A stretch of 63,247 nt of DNA, counting the filler, from Psammoneis japonica (taxonomy: Eukaryota), in the NCBI GenBank assembly GCA_008632985.1. It is 4 parts of 4 records of this genome, joined end to end, with 100 filler letters (N's around TTAATTAATTAA, not from the genome) between each part and the next. Parts side by side here need not be neighbours in the genome. Positions count along the whole stretch, not along the records: positions 26,511 to 40,286 come from QPGO01000243.1; positions 40,387 to 59,518 come from QPGO01000258.1; 2 more parts are not named here. The stretch is one strand, 5' to 3'. The notes beneath the pieces are model-generated. The model had not been told where the DNA came from. It ran no database searches and was given only the letters and a program-made list of their open reading frames with translations. The translations under genes and the position numbers were made by a program. Each line of letters opens with the position of its first letter. Position 1 is the first letter of the stretch. Shown in pieces: positions 37,150 through 50,000 of the stretch.

Positions 37150-39820
37150 ATCAGCTCTCAACAACACCCCATGCTGCAGTGGACATGGATTATTTGTGTT
37201 GCTGCTGTTTTCCAGGTGATGAACCAGCCATGCCAATGTTGCAGGCAGTGGTGGCAGCATGCAATTCTGTGAAAGTGGCGCACCACACTGAAAATCTCAA
37301 GAGCTGTCAACACACCAAAAAACTCCATTTCTGCCCAAATGGCAAATGCCAGCCCAGACGTTGCACCAGACACTGGCACTCCACCAACTGTCATTCATGC
37401 TTGGCAGTTGCAGCAGCATGGATTCAACTGAATGTAGGTGCAGGTGACAGTTTTTTCTTGTGGGACGTGGATGCAGCACTTTCCCACATGTGACCATGTG
37501 GGTTGCTTCCGTTTGATCTTTCTTGCACAGAATTCATGGCAAAGTTCATTTGACTGACAATGGTGTCCCCCCTCTGCAGAGAGATGACAACCAGTGCATT
37601 GTGGATGTTGCCATTCAGTCAAGGCTTTTTGCTCATCAAGAGATTTGCTGGATCAATTGCTGCCACTTGTGCTTGCAGGTTCTTTCAGTGTCTGATGTTG
37701 CAATGCCGTGCAGCCTTTCACTGGACCCAACAAAAGTGGCAGGAGATCCTTCTCTTCAGAGCAGTGTGAGTGTGTTGAACAATGTCAAGCAACACAAACC
37801 AGGATCCAGGGCCTGGACAGTGTGGAGGAAGACATGCAATCATCTTTGTGTCCCAAAGACACACTGACTGAAAGAGCCTCTGTGGGGAGCTGGCTGGTCC
37901 CACCATTGAAGATGCAAATGCAGGCATCAGTGCATTTTTCTCCCTCAGAGGATTGTCTTTGTGTCCGCAGACCACAGGGTTGTTTGACATCTTCTCAGTG
38001 AACAGAACTGGAGCTGGTGCAGTGCAAGAGATTGAAACTGTGCCCGCTCCATCAGATGAGTCCTTCCCCATTGTTGCATCAATGACAGAAGACGGAAGAT
38101 GGAAATTTGACCTTCCACAAATCTTGCTTTCTCCACCAGATGTCCAGCCTTCTCTGGAGTTGTTTCTGGATGTGTTGCAGACATTGCCACCATGGGAATC
38201 AGCTTTGTTTGCAGAGTTGGACTTGCACGTTTTCTCCCACCCTCTTGGTGCACTGTTTCTCTTCAATGGAACTGACATCCAGAAGTGACAGATCTGTTCA
38301 AGACAGAGCCACATTTGGATGGACTGTTGCTTTGCAAGGTGTTCTTCCAGTGGATTGCACAGGACCAGTGTTTGGGAACAAACCATCTTCACATCATGCG
38401 GAGGCCTGCGGAATCCCACCCATTCTGTGCTTCATCTGCCAATTCATGGGATGCTGTCAAACCAAGCTGGCACGCAACATGGGATGTCCATTGTGACAAG
38501 AAGTCATCAGTGTCTGGCCTGCAGCAACTGTCCCTTGCTCTCCCAGCAGCAGAAGTGGAGGAGTCAGAAAATGACACGTGCGACTTGTTCTGCACACAAC
38601 ATCATGGAGCAAACTCTCTTGCCTCATGGTGGGACGTCTTGAACAAAATGTTGCATGCCACCATGGCAATGAATTCTCTTGAGTTGACATCTCTTCCTTG
38701 TCTCAGTGTAAAATGGGTCAAGGGACACCAAGATGGGACCACTCCCATCCAGTCCTTCCCAATGAACACAAAGGTCAACATGCAGACAAGTCAGCTGGTG
38801 CCTGTCAAGGTTGCTGCCCCAGAGACACCACTCAAGTGCCCCCATTCCCCCACTGTCACTTGCACCTGTTGCTGGCTGAAGGCACATTAACTTTGAGTTA
38901 CAAGTGGCAAATCTGGTGCACTGCTGCTGCTCCCCAGTTGCTTGACTGCATTGTGGAGACACAGTCAATGAAGCCCGGAGATTGTGCAAATGATCAATTG
39001 GCACTCCCATGCTGTGCTCATCAAATGACATTCCAAACAACACATCAGCACAGTTGAGCTCATCCATGACCTCCTTCCAACAAACAAGATTGCAGTTGTT
39101 GCAACCCAGTGCATCGTCATCATTGCCTGAAATGCAAACACTGAAATGAAGACAGAGATCACATTCTTGGATGTCCGGATGATGAAGCATGGTGTTGGAA
39201 ATTGCTGCAAAGTCTGCAGAAATGCTGTGAAATTTGATGCAATGCCTGCTCTCCATGATTTCTTGCTGGATTCCTTGCAAGCTTGGTTCAAAAAGGAGGT
39301 CATTTGCACTGAGGAAGTTGACTGCCAATGTAGAGAGTTGTGGGATGCTCAGTTGAACATCAGGTGGCAACAGGTGTTCAGTGGCAGGCACTCCATTCTG
39401 TGGAATGACACTCAAATGAGACATCTGCAAGATTCTGGGATTCTCAGTCAATGTCAGGAAGAGAACAAACAACCTCCTAACTGGACTGTGCAGGTGGGAT
39501 TGCATGTGTGAAGGCAATGGGGGAATTGTGGGAGGAACGCAACCAATTTGTTCATGACCATGAGACGTGGATTCTTGCAAATCCTCTCAGAGACACATCG
39601 CTGAAGCTGAGCCGGCAGCAATCCACAACAAGAGACAGGAGCATTTGGCTAAAGCCCAGGGAGTGTTGCTGGACTCCGTGGAAGAACATCAGCCCTTCTC
39701 CACTGCCCACATTCAGAATTGGATGTCTGTGGCAAGGCCTTGTCCAAAGCAAAGTCTGAAAGAAGCTAAGAAGTTGGCTCTTTTGAGCACCCATGTCATT
39801 GCCAGTTGTTTCTGTTGAGT
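37150..39820 (+). mobile_element. Degenerate non-LTR retrotransposon (diatom LINE with RNase H), 3' half
   Basis: WIQLNVG; PLQRDDNQCIVD...INCCHLCLQVLSVSD (consensus-like INYCRLYLQV..SD); RNase H TD.SVQDRATFGW, SSHHAEACG (S.RAE.YG), VHCDKKS, KWVKGHQD, N..ADK.A; Zn-knuckle EDRDHILGC; Q.NI.WQQVFSGR. RT core not confidently located upstream. Confidence 0.8.
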
Positions 39821-40286
39821 GTCTCCTCTGGGGGATGCGTTTTTGGCTTCTGCAGCATCCCTTGAAGCATGCACCAGAGGTGTGGGTTGGCTGGCACCGG
39901 TGTTGCTGGGCAAAGGTGCAACAGCACTTTAAGTTGGGTTTGGGTTTTTTTGTCATTCATGCTTGACATGCAGCTGCCTTGGGAACAACTCTCAGTTGGT
40001 GTGATGAGCCACTCTTCAATGTGCAGGATGCTGGCCAGCGCCAGTGCCACCTCCACTTCTGTTGCTGCTCCCACTGAAACAACAATTCCCAAATCTGATG
40101 GTGGTTCTCTGGCTTCAATCAATTTGACCATTCAAGTGTCTGTTGCTTGAGTGTCTGGTGCTTGTCCTTGCACCCTCATGAGCTGCCAAGACACAACAGT
40201 TGGTGTCAACAACCAAGGTGATCAGCTCTGAATGCACTTTGGCAGCTTTGCAAACAAACCTCATCTCAAGAAATGGCACAAAAAGA

Positions 40287-40386
40287 NNNNNNNNNNNNNN
40301 NNNNNNNNNNNNNNNNNNNNNNNNNNNNNNTTAATTAATTAANNNNNNNNNNNNNNNNNNNNNNNNNNNNNNNNNNNNNNNNNNNN
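40287..40386. other. Artificial contig linker 44N-TTAATTAATTAA-44N
   Basis: Same 100-nt structure as 26411-26510. Confidence 0.97.
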
Positions 40387-41362
40387 GGTGTCTTCCAATC
40401 GGTTTATCAATCACAACTCTCTTTCCGGGGTTCCCAACCGTAATAGCAATATATGTCTTTTTAACCTGACGAGCAGCAAACGCTTCGGACAATGTGGCGA
40501 GAGCAGCTCGTGTCTTTGCCACCACCAACACCCCAGTGGTTCCTTTGTCTAGTCGGTGAACAATGCCCGGGCGAAACGATATGGCTTCTCCCTCGGTGCC
40601 ATCCACATTTATACCCTCAGCCTCTTTTGGATCGACACTTCCGTCTACGTCTACAAAGTCCCCAGTACCATATGGACTTACATTGGCGAGATAATAAGCC
40701 AGCGCATTCACAACCGTTCCGTCCCAATTGCCAGCCGCGGGATGTACCACCATGTCAGCCGCCTTGTTCAAAACAATCATGTGTTCATCTTCAAAGAGAA
40801 TGTCAAGAGGCAAATCTTGTGCGATGATCTCTGTGGGCTTCTCCTCTGCAGGATGTTGAACAACTAGTCTCATTCCGGCTTGTACTTTTGTGGATTTTGT
40901 CTGTACAATGTTTTGTTGATCGTTCTTTCCAACAATACGAACATTTCCGTCTGTGATGAGATGACCACAATGAGATCGAGACAACGTAGGTTCCAGCTTT
41001 GCAACGGCCACGTCGAGACGTTTGTTATGAAGTTCATCCGGTACCATGTATTCTTTTATTTCTCCAGAGTCAGCCTCAAACTCCAAGTCGTCCTCGTCGT
41101 CCATGGGCGTTACGTCAGCTCCATCCATTTCGAGCTGCCCCTCAAAGGCTTCAATGGCATCTAAATCAAAGCTCAAGGCCGGAGGCGGCTTGGCAAAGCA
41201 AGGTTTCGATCGTGCTAGACAATTGACACTGCTTCTAGAAGCCAGGCAAAACGCCGAAACCATTGAGCGCTCAACTGTTAACATAATCGTGAAACACACC
41301 ACGACAAACGATTTTCCTTGGTTTCGCTGTTGACATTGTCCGTCTCGATCTACCCGCATCAT
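40387..41362 (-). CDS. rluD: Second, 3'-truncated copy (probable allele) of the RluA/RluD pseudouridine synthase
   Basis: Reverse complement of ~3812-4786 with a few substitutions (S>R, P>L, E>G, L>V) and one extra A in the leader; cut by the contig linker. Confidence 0.85.
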
Positions 41363-41729
41363 AGAGCGATCTCTCTGCAGATATTCTCATGGAATCAAAC
41401 ATATCGAGTGCTGTGATAGAATGAGCGATATATATTTTGTTTAGGGTTGATAGGGTACAGTACAAAAAGAGGAGGAGTGCGAATGTGAATGGTGATGATG
41501 ATGGGTGATGGTGATGGGCGTTGTTTCTTGGCTCTTTTTATTTTTTTGCAGATCATCTGCATCACCTGTGACTCGTACTTCGACAGACGAAGTTCCGGTG
41601 TGATGTTCGTTCGTTCGTTCGTTGTTAGTTTTATGTCATGTGTTGCGCTTGTGCTGGCACTGACTGTGATGTAGTTGAGAATAGAGCACGTAAAAAAGCA
41701 AAACAACATCATGTGTCTTCACGGATGCC

Positions 41730-44700
41730 AAGGTTAGGTCCTTTCATCAAGTCCACAACTTACAAGCACACACTGTCTAAATGAGCTCAATCGCAGATCG
41801 CCTGGTGTGCCGCTCTTTTTTCTGAGCAGGCAAAGCACAGGTGTCACAGCACCAGTGAAGTCTGCAACAGGTGCTGCTGTCTTTCTGATGCTGAGCAGCC
41901 TGTTGCTGCTGGCAAATTTGCATGTTGTGGGTGAAGTTAGTGTTGACCACAATGATGCAGTCTTTGCTGCTGCACTTTCGGCTGCAACCACTTGTTTCGC
42001 TGGAGCCAGGCTTTGTGGGAACACCTGCCCTTTGGCTGTGCTCCAGGAACTGGCCTCAGTGCACTTCCAACTTGTGCACCAGGCCTTGACTGGGAGTTGG
42101 TGGTTGGGCATTCTTGTTGTGACAGTTTCTCATGCAGAGCTGCTCACTTCACCCACAAAAATTGTTCCAGAAGAAGTGACCAAGTGCACAAACAAGCATT
42201 GTTGGGGAGCTGTGATGGGATTCTTGCTTGCAGTCATGACTGGAGTGGTCAGTGTGAGTTTGATTGTTGCCAACAAAAAGACACTGGACAACCATGGCAA
42301 CTTGTCAGACCCTCCTCTCCAGCTGGCACACAGACTGGAGTGTGCTTCTTGTTGCGCTGCTGCTCTGTCATGACAGCATCAAGGGTTCCACATTGATGTT
42401 GGCACTGGTGCACTGTGCCGATTGTGTTGTTGGCTGGATTGTGCACAGCAGCTGGCTGGACTCAAATTTTCTCCTCCCATGTGTCACAACAATGAACACA
42501 CACAGCTGCTGCACTTTGTGCATTTTCTGCACAAGCATCAGTGTGCTGTGTCCAGCAACAACCAGAGCTCCTGTTGTTCTGCTTTGTGTCTTTGACATCT
42601 CTGGAGTCATGTTTGGGTTGATCATTTGTGGCTTTGGCAGTGGGGGTTCTTGTTGCAGAGCATTTCTCTGGTCAACACCAGCCATTGTCATTGTGAAATG
42701 CACTGCTGAAGTCAAGGAAGGGGGTGCAACTGGCCTGGCAGCCATGCAGTCATTGGAAAATTTTTGCTGCTGGCATTTCTTGGAACCTTTTATCACTGCT
42801 GTCCTGAGCAGTGCAACAGCACCCTTGCTGGCACTTCTGGGTGCAATGATTGTAAGAAAATTGGCCAAGATTGAGTGGCTCAAAACATGAGCAATGTTCT
42901 GCTGGGGTTCTTGACAAAATCACTCTCATGACACTCCTCACCTGCAGCATTGCAAATGGAGTGACACTCAGGTGTGTGACTTCTGTGGGTTTCCACTCTG
43001 CTGCTGACCAACTCCTTGCAAACTCCAAGAAAGTTGCTGTTTAAATGAGTGTTTGAGTGAGTGATCACTGCTGAGCACAAAGTGGAGCAGCGCAACAGCA
43101 CCCACACTGGTGCCAGTGGGTGCAATGATGATGGTGGGAGAATTGGCCAAGATTGAGAGGCACAATGTGAGGAATGCTCTGCCAGAGTTCTTGACAATCA
43201 TTCTCATGCCACTCACCCACAGCGTTGCAAACAGAGTGACATTTGGATGCCTGACTTTTGTGGGTTTCTGCTTGTTTGCTTCTGGCCAGCTCCTTGTGAG
43301 CTCCAACAAACTTGCAGATTCAATTCACATGCACATCTGTGACAGAAGAGCAGAGCAATCTTTCAGTTGGCTGCTGCAGCTCCAACACCAAGATTTCACC
43401 AACAAGTTGGGAAGCAATGCAGGCCACGGCACTGTTTGAATGAGTGTGTGAGTCAGTGAGCTCTGCTGAGCACAAGGAGGAGCATCTGACTTTTGAAAAC
43501 AGAACATCATTTGTCCTGGGATCACTCACAGTGTTGAGATGATTTGTCATTTTGAGCATCAAGCTAAAGTGTTCAGCAGCCTGCCATTTTGCACTTTTGT
43601 GCTCTGCTTGTCATGACAGATCTCCAACACAATGACACCACATGAACAGAAGCTGGGCCCAAGATGCATCTGGAAAAGGCCTGAACCCTTTGGGTGCAGA
43701 GGGCAAGAAGATTGTCTTTTCTTGATTTTTCATTGCATTCCTTCTCAAACTTTGTGCTTGACCTCTTGTCATGTCTCAAACAAATTGGTGCAATGAGTGT
43801 GAATCTAACCATGACAAAAAAGCACAGACCTGTTTAAAAGTGTTGTCAGCACCCTGCCCTGCAACCGGCAAACCCACACTTCCAGAGTGGACTGCCTGAT
43901 GATGTGTTGCAGCACAAGCACAAGTGGATCAGCCAGAATTTGCATGGGCCACTGGTGGCACCCTTCAAAAGCAACATGCTGTGCCAAGCCATTTTCATTT
44001 GAAAAATGCTGATTTTGAATTGTCAAACATGACTCGTGACACAATCCATTTTTGTCCAATTTTGGTTTCAATCACAACTGTCACTTGTCACATTGGAACA
44101 TTGTTGCAGCATCAATGCTTTTGTCTTGTGGGCTCCCTGCAGAACAGAATGTTGAACAATTGCTTTTTCATTGCCTGGCACATGACACAAATCAATGACA
44201 TGACCAATGCTTTCAGGGCCAACAAAACTTGTCTCTAGACCAACAAATCTGTGTTTCTGTGCCACAATGCTTTGTCTCATTTTGTGGAACATGTCTTCTG
44301 GACTTGTTGTTTGACCTTGTTTCATCAATGCCTCTCATCCCACCCAACTCTTTGCATCAACATGTGCAAGTCAAGCTGCTGGCCCCAGAACTTCTTCACA
44401 GCCCAAGTCCACATTTTTTGCTGTCAACACACACACAGTCCAGTTGGCTCAATGGCTGGGTTTTTGCTTTGGCTTCTTGGCCATTGCTCTTGCTTTGTCA
44501 ACTGAAGAAACTCTTTTTGACAGATTCTTCACAGTGTCCCTGTGCCCACATGTTTCAGCAGCTTTTTGTTCAGTGTGCTGCCTCCTTCATGCTGTTGATG
44601 GCAGTGGTGGAGTTGAGCAGTGGCAAGCACACTGTTCCCAGCATTGACACATTTATTTTGTTGGCAAATGAGCTCAAACTTGTTGGGAAGGTGTCTTGGT

Positions 44701-45585
44701 GTCAGTTGGCTGGGGTGTTGGGCTCACTGTTGGGAGATTTCATGAGTGCAAGTGCATCATCATTCACAAAACTCTCCCCTTTGGTCTCCTCCTCCATGTT
44801 CTCAGAATGTTCAACAGCATCCTGAGTGCATGACACAAAGTCTGTTGACTGGTCAGTTGGTGAGTCATCCACAATGTAGCCCTCATTGTGGATGCGTGCA
44901 AATGTGGCACATTTTACGTGATGGTTGCTGCCAACATGGTCAGCATGGTGGGGCTGCACTTTTTTGTCATTTGAGTGGCCTTCAATGATTGTCAAACCAG
45001 CAAGTCAATGCTGCTAAAAGATCGCCCCACTGGGCTGCCTGTGCTCTTCATTGATGCACTTGCCTTGGCAGTCTGTGATGGCTGTGGGTGGGTTGTCAAA
45101 GGTGTGAATGCAAACTGCAAACTTGCACAACAACAAGTGCCCTGCTGATGCCAAATAACAAATCACACAAACCACCAAATGATTCACTCCAAAGAGTGAG
45201 ATAAAAAAAACAAAGGTGAGAGATTGAGTGACAGCAAAGCCAGTCTTGCAATGAATCATCCAGCAAGCCATGACACTTTTCTTCAACTCATCTGGGTTCT
45301 TTGAGACCTCCATTTTCTGGGTCTTCTGTGCTCCAGTTCTAGCAAGAATGATGGCTTTGAGGGTGGAGACACTCCAACTGGAAATTGCAAAATGCTGTGT
45401 TGATGTGCAAAGCATGCACCACAGAAATGAGCAACAACATTGTCTTTGAATGAGATTTGTGCAATGCCTGAGCTGAACATCCACACATTTGTTCTTTGTT
45501 GAAGTTGCACAGAAATTGCACTGTGTTTTCATGCCACAAAAACTCCACAGTGTTTCAAAGAGCAGGTGAAAAACATGGCGACACA
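41730..45585. repeat. Repeat family A, copy 2 (inverted relative to 1-3440, extends further)
   Basis: Colinear reverse complement of 1-3440 up to 45210; same spurious ORFs (e.g. MLELTRSWPEANKQK). Confidence 0.9.
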
Positions 45586-46855
45586 ANNNNNNNNNNNNNN
45601 NNNNNNNNNNNNNNNNNNNNNNNNNNNNNNNNNNNNNNNNNNNNNNNNNNNNNNNNNNNNNNNNNNNNNNNNNNNNNNNNNNNNNNNNNNNNNNNNNNNN
45701 NNNNNNNNNNNNNNNNNNNNNNNNNNNNNNNNNNNNNNNNNNNNNNNNNNNNNNNNNNNNNNNNNNNNNNNNNNNNNNNNNNNNNNNNNNNNNNNNNNNN
45801 NNNNNNNNNNNNNNNNNNNNNNNNNNNNNNNNNNNNNNNNNNNNNNNNNNNNNNNNNNNNNNNNNNNNNNNNNNNNNNNNNNNNNNNNNNNNNNNNNNNN
45901 NNNNNNNNNNNNNNNNNNNNNNNNNNNNNNNNNNNNNNNNNNNNNNNNNNNNNNNNNNNNNNNNNNNNNNNNNNNNNNNNNNNNNNNNNNNNNNNNNNNN
46001 NNNNNNNNNNNNNNNNNNNNNNNNNNNNNNNNNNNNNNNNNNNNNNNNNNNNNNNNNNNNNNNNNNNNNNNNNNNNNNNNNNNNNNNNNNNNNNNNNNNN
46101 NNNNNNNNNNNNNNNNNTGACAACCAAGTTGTGCTGCAAGCTGCAAGAGCTGTCACAAGTGGCGCAGCTCTGCATGACGTGCAATTTTGTCTGTGGTTGG
46201 TGCTTAAGAACTTGGTGTGAAAAACATGGGCAGGACACCTGGACACCTGTGATGAGCTGCAAAAGCCTGAGTGCAGCATTTGTGATGGATTGCCACCTGC
46301 ATTGTCAAGGCAAACAATGGCAGGAGCTGCAGCAAGAGTTTTCAAGCAGGTGCCACATGTGCAGCAGACCATGGACAGCTGTGTGACGTGTTGGCAGCAA
46401 AGGAGATGATGCGCAAAAGGCCTGTGTGAAGCACAACAACCTTCAATTCATGGCTGTGCCTGGCAACAATGGGAGTGTGCAGAGCAACAGCAAGTGTTGC
46501 AAAGAAAGATCTTTTGAACCAAATGCATGATGGCAGCAAGTGGGTGCTCTGCTGGCATGTCATGTGCTGCAGAAGCTGCCCGTGCAGCAAAACTGTCTCC
46601 ATGTGCAATTGCACTGCTTGATGACAGCTCACATTTGTCAACAAGAGCTCACGAGAATGCTTTGGCCACACCAGTGGCAGTGCCCTGGGTGGCCATGGAT
46701 CCACAGTGTGGAGAGAATGTGGACATTGAGCAACTGGAAATGGCAATCAGCTGATGGCCAACATTGAGAAGATTGAAAGAGATGCAGCAAGGAAAAGAGA
46801 GAAAGCATCACAAAGTGCAGGCAGTGCTGATGAAATGGGCAAGGCTTCAGGGAGA

Positions 46856-47028
46856 TGAACAAATTGCCCTGCAGTCGCATGAACTGGGGACAAGACCAAA
46901 AGAAAGATTTGCAACATCGTGCCAGTTTTCTAGAAGTGAGATCTAAACCTGAGGAACCGCTCTGTGCCCAATCGTCAATGACAAAGCACACCAAACTAAT
47001 TCAAATTGATCACATGGTAAATTTTTCA
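46856..47028 (-). repeat. 3' LTR (173 bp, TG...CA), preceded on the minus strand by PPT-like GAGGGGAC
   Basis: Aligns with 53246-53422; TGAA/TTCA termini. Confidence 0.92.
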
Positions 47029-50000
47029 GTCCCCTCAAGTTGATGACTTGAACAATGAGTCGGCTTGACCCAATTTACTCTCCGGCCACATTTGGTCACT
47101 CTAACATGGGTGGCATGCCAAACAAATGTGTCCAGTGAGTGACTCACCCATTGCCATCAACTCCCTCATGGCGTGGCAGCAAATGGAGTTCGACTTCTTC
47201 TTCAAAGTGGACTCTGGACTTTGTGTGTTGTGGACAACTGACATGTTGTCCCCACAGATGTGGGATGGACCAGTCAATGGCACATCCATCATCCTTGGCT
47301 CATGTGGCAAGCTGTGCAAAGACTCCATGCCTTGTTTCATGGCTGCAAACTAGGCTCCAAAAACCAAGGCTTCAACTGCACTTTGGCGCTTAGAAAACCA
47401 CACCATCAAGGTCATGTGCATGCAGATGAAGAAGCCGGTGTGCGAACATCTGGTCAACTCATCATTTGGATGATCCAAGTTGACGAACAAGTGCAGATCC
47501 ACCTCCAAGCCTGGAGGTTCTGGCACATTGGGTGGGATTTCTCTTTCCTGCACATCCCCATGAAATGACTTCCAGTCACATTCCTTGAAGTCAGACATGT
47601 CAATGTCCAGTCATGTCGGGTCAAACACCAGCCTGGCATTGTGTCTTGCCTTGAGACATTCATGTGCATGTGGAAAACAGCCTCAAGGGGACCCTCCCTG
47701 GGCACAACAAGAAATGAGGCAAGCTCCAAAACCTCTGTCATCAGATTGACGTGTCTGAGTTCCACTGTCCATTGCAGGACACCTGCCTGCAACTGGCAGA
47801 ACTGGGCATCCTCTGCCTCAAGCTCAGGCAATGCATCTGTAACTTGGGATGACAATCCCGTGGAAATGGAGTCGATGCCCAGCATGGCAATGTCTGTCCA
47901 GGGCAGCATTTGTCCAGATGCGCCTCCACATTCTTGACAGCCTGCTGGATGCACTTGCTGAAGCTCATGCCTCATGCGCAGATGCCATTTGGCAATTGTG
48001 CCTTTTGGATCTTGGCACCCAGATGCATCTCAGGGTTGCCGATTGAACCAGGCTTCATCTTGAAGCAATGATCCAACTCCTTGAGTGTGCTCATGGCATT
48101 GTGGTGTGCCATTGGCACATCATCCATGTGCAGCAGTGCATGCACGCAGTGCCAAAACCTGTCCTTGGATCAGACCACTTCCTCAAGCGATCTGGGGCTT
48201 CCACCCAAGATGGTGCACACAGGAGGCCAGGTGATTCCTGAAGGCCGTGCCTGTGCTCTTCAAACTGCAAAGTGCGTGCTTGACTGTTGCATGCCTCCCT
48301 GCATTGTGCCTGAACTCTGGGTTTAAAGTCATCATGATCATCCAACTGTTGGGTGCAGTGACACAAGCATTTTCAATGCCAGCTGCCTTGACCTCTGAGT
48401 CATTCAGAGCAGCCAGATGAAGGTGATCCTCACACTCTCACGTGACACAATGCTTGTGCATGTCAAGGTGGTGGGAGCATCTGTGTGGCATGCCCACCAG
48501 CCACATGGTGTGCCTTGTGCTTGAAGTCTTGTGGCTCTTTACGTTGAAGACCAAGTGACATTTGACATGCTGGCATCCTGCCAGTTCCTTGTTGTCATCA
48601 ATGATCTTGAATGCCTTGTTGACAACACCCATTTCCTCATCTGTGGTGTCTTGCCACAGGCGGTTGCCGTTTGCCTGGTCAATCTTAACCATCTCATTGC
48701 ACATCTTGGGAGTGCACATCCTGCACTTGTGTGTCCATTTGTGACACCACTTGTTCATTGCAGCAATGATCTGCTGCCATTTCTTTAAGGCACATTGAAC
48801 ATGGAACCCACCATGCAAAGGCTGGTTCATCCCGATCGATCAAGCTCTGGCATGCTCAGCCAACTTGACCATGTTGGATTCCTTCAAGTCTGCAAGGCGT
48901 TCCCAAGTCATGGTCCCGTCTGTCCAGCTGACACAAAGGTGCCATCCTTTGGTCATCTTTTGCATGGTTTGGTGTCTTCTGCCATCCTGTGGAAAGGTGC
49001 CATCCTTCTGGACTGCATGCCCATCAGTTCTGTGGTCAACAATGGCGTCCAGAAGCAAGCACTGATTGCCTTTGTTGTCACATTGTGTGAAGATGTTCTC
49101 AGCTGTGACATTGGCTGCAACCTCTGCTTCCTGGCCATCAGGAAATTCGACCTTGTGTGTGCGAGTGCCTAGAATGGGATTGTCATTGGCCCTGCCCATC
49201 GGTGTTCCATCCAAGTTGAGCTTGCACCGCTTGACTGTCCCAGTTTGCTGGGTGTCCCCATGAGGCAGCAATGCTTCTGAGTTTGCATGAACATCAAAAG
49301 CAGCATCAGGTGCATTGTCCTCATTCTTGGGTGCACTCGCAGGAGCATCTTGGTCAGCATTGTCCTTGCAGGGATCAAAAGTGGGAGTTGTGGCATCAGG
49401 GTCATTGATGTCTCCAACCGTCATGCCTGGGCCTGGCTTGGCCTCTGTTGGCCCATCAAATTTCTTGCGCAATGCCAAGTGCATCTCGTGGCACTGTTCC
49501 TTGGGGTTCACCAAGGGTTGACAGGATGAATGGAGGACAACTTGTCCATTGTCCTTTGGCATCTTGGCTGTCATGGCGGGACTCATGTCCCGACTCGGAC
49601 CAAGGCAATGCCCCAGGACCTCCTTGTCCTCGGGGAATGAGACGGCTGTGTCCCCAAACATGACCCAGTCGCACCAGCTGCACTCGCATGTGTGCGAAAT
49701 GTCGGCTGTCTGTCTGGACACTGCGGTTTCTGGAACCTCTCTGTCTAACTCACAAATGTTGTGGTCTGTGTTTGATCAGACAAGAGCTTCAAGCTCAAGA
49801 CAATCATCACAAAGATGCTTTGGGGCTCAAGTCTTCACCATCTTGCATCCCACTCCCCCGCTTGAGTTCACGAACAGTGCCCTCAGTGAAGTTTGACCAT
49901 GGAGCACAGGGTTCAGTCTGCTTGACATGGCAGTCGGCCTCCCTGGCCTTCTTGCTGAACTGACCCAACACCTGGTCTTTTGCTCTGTCCACGATCATTG

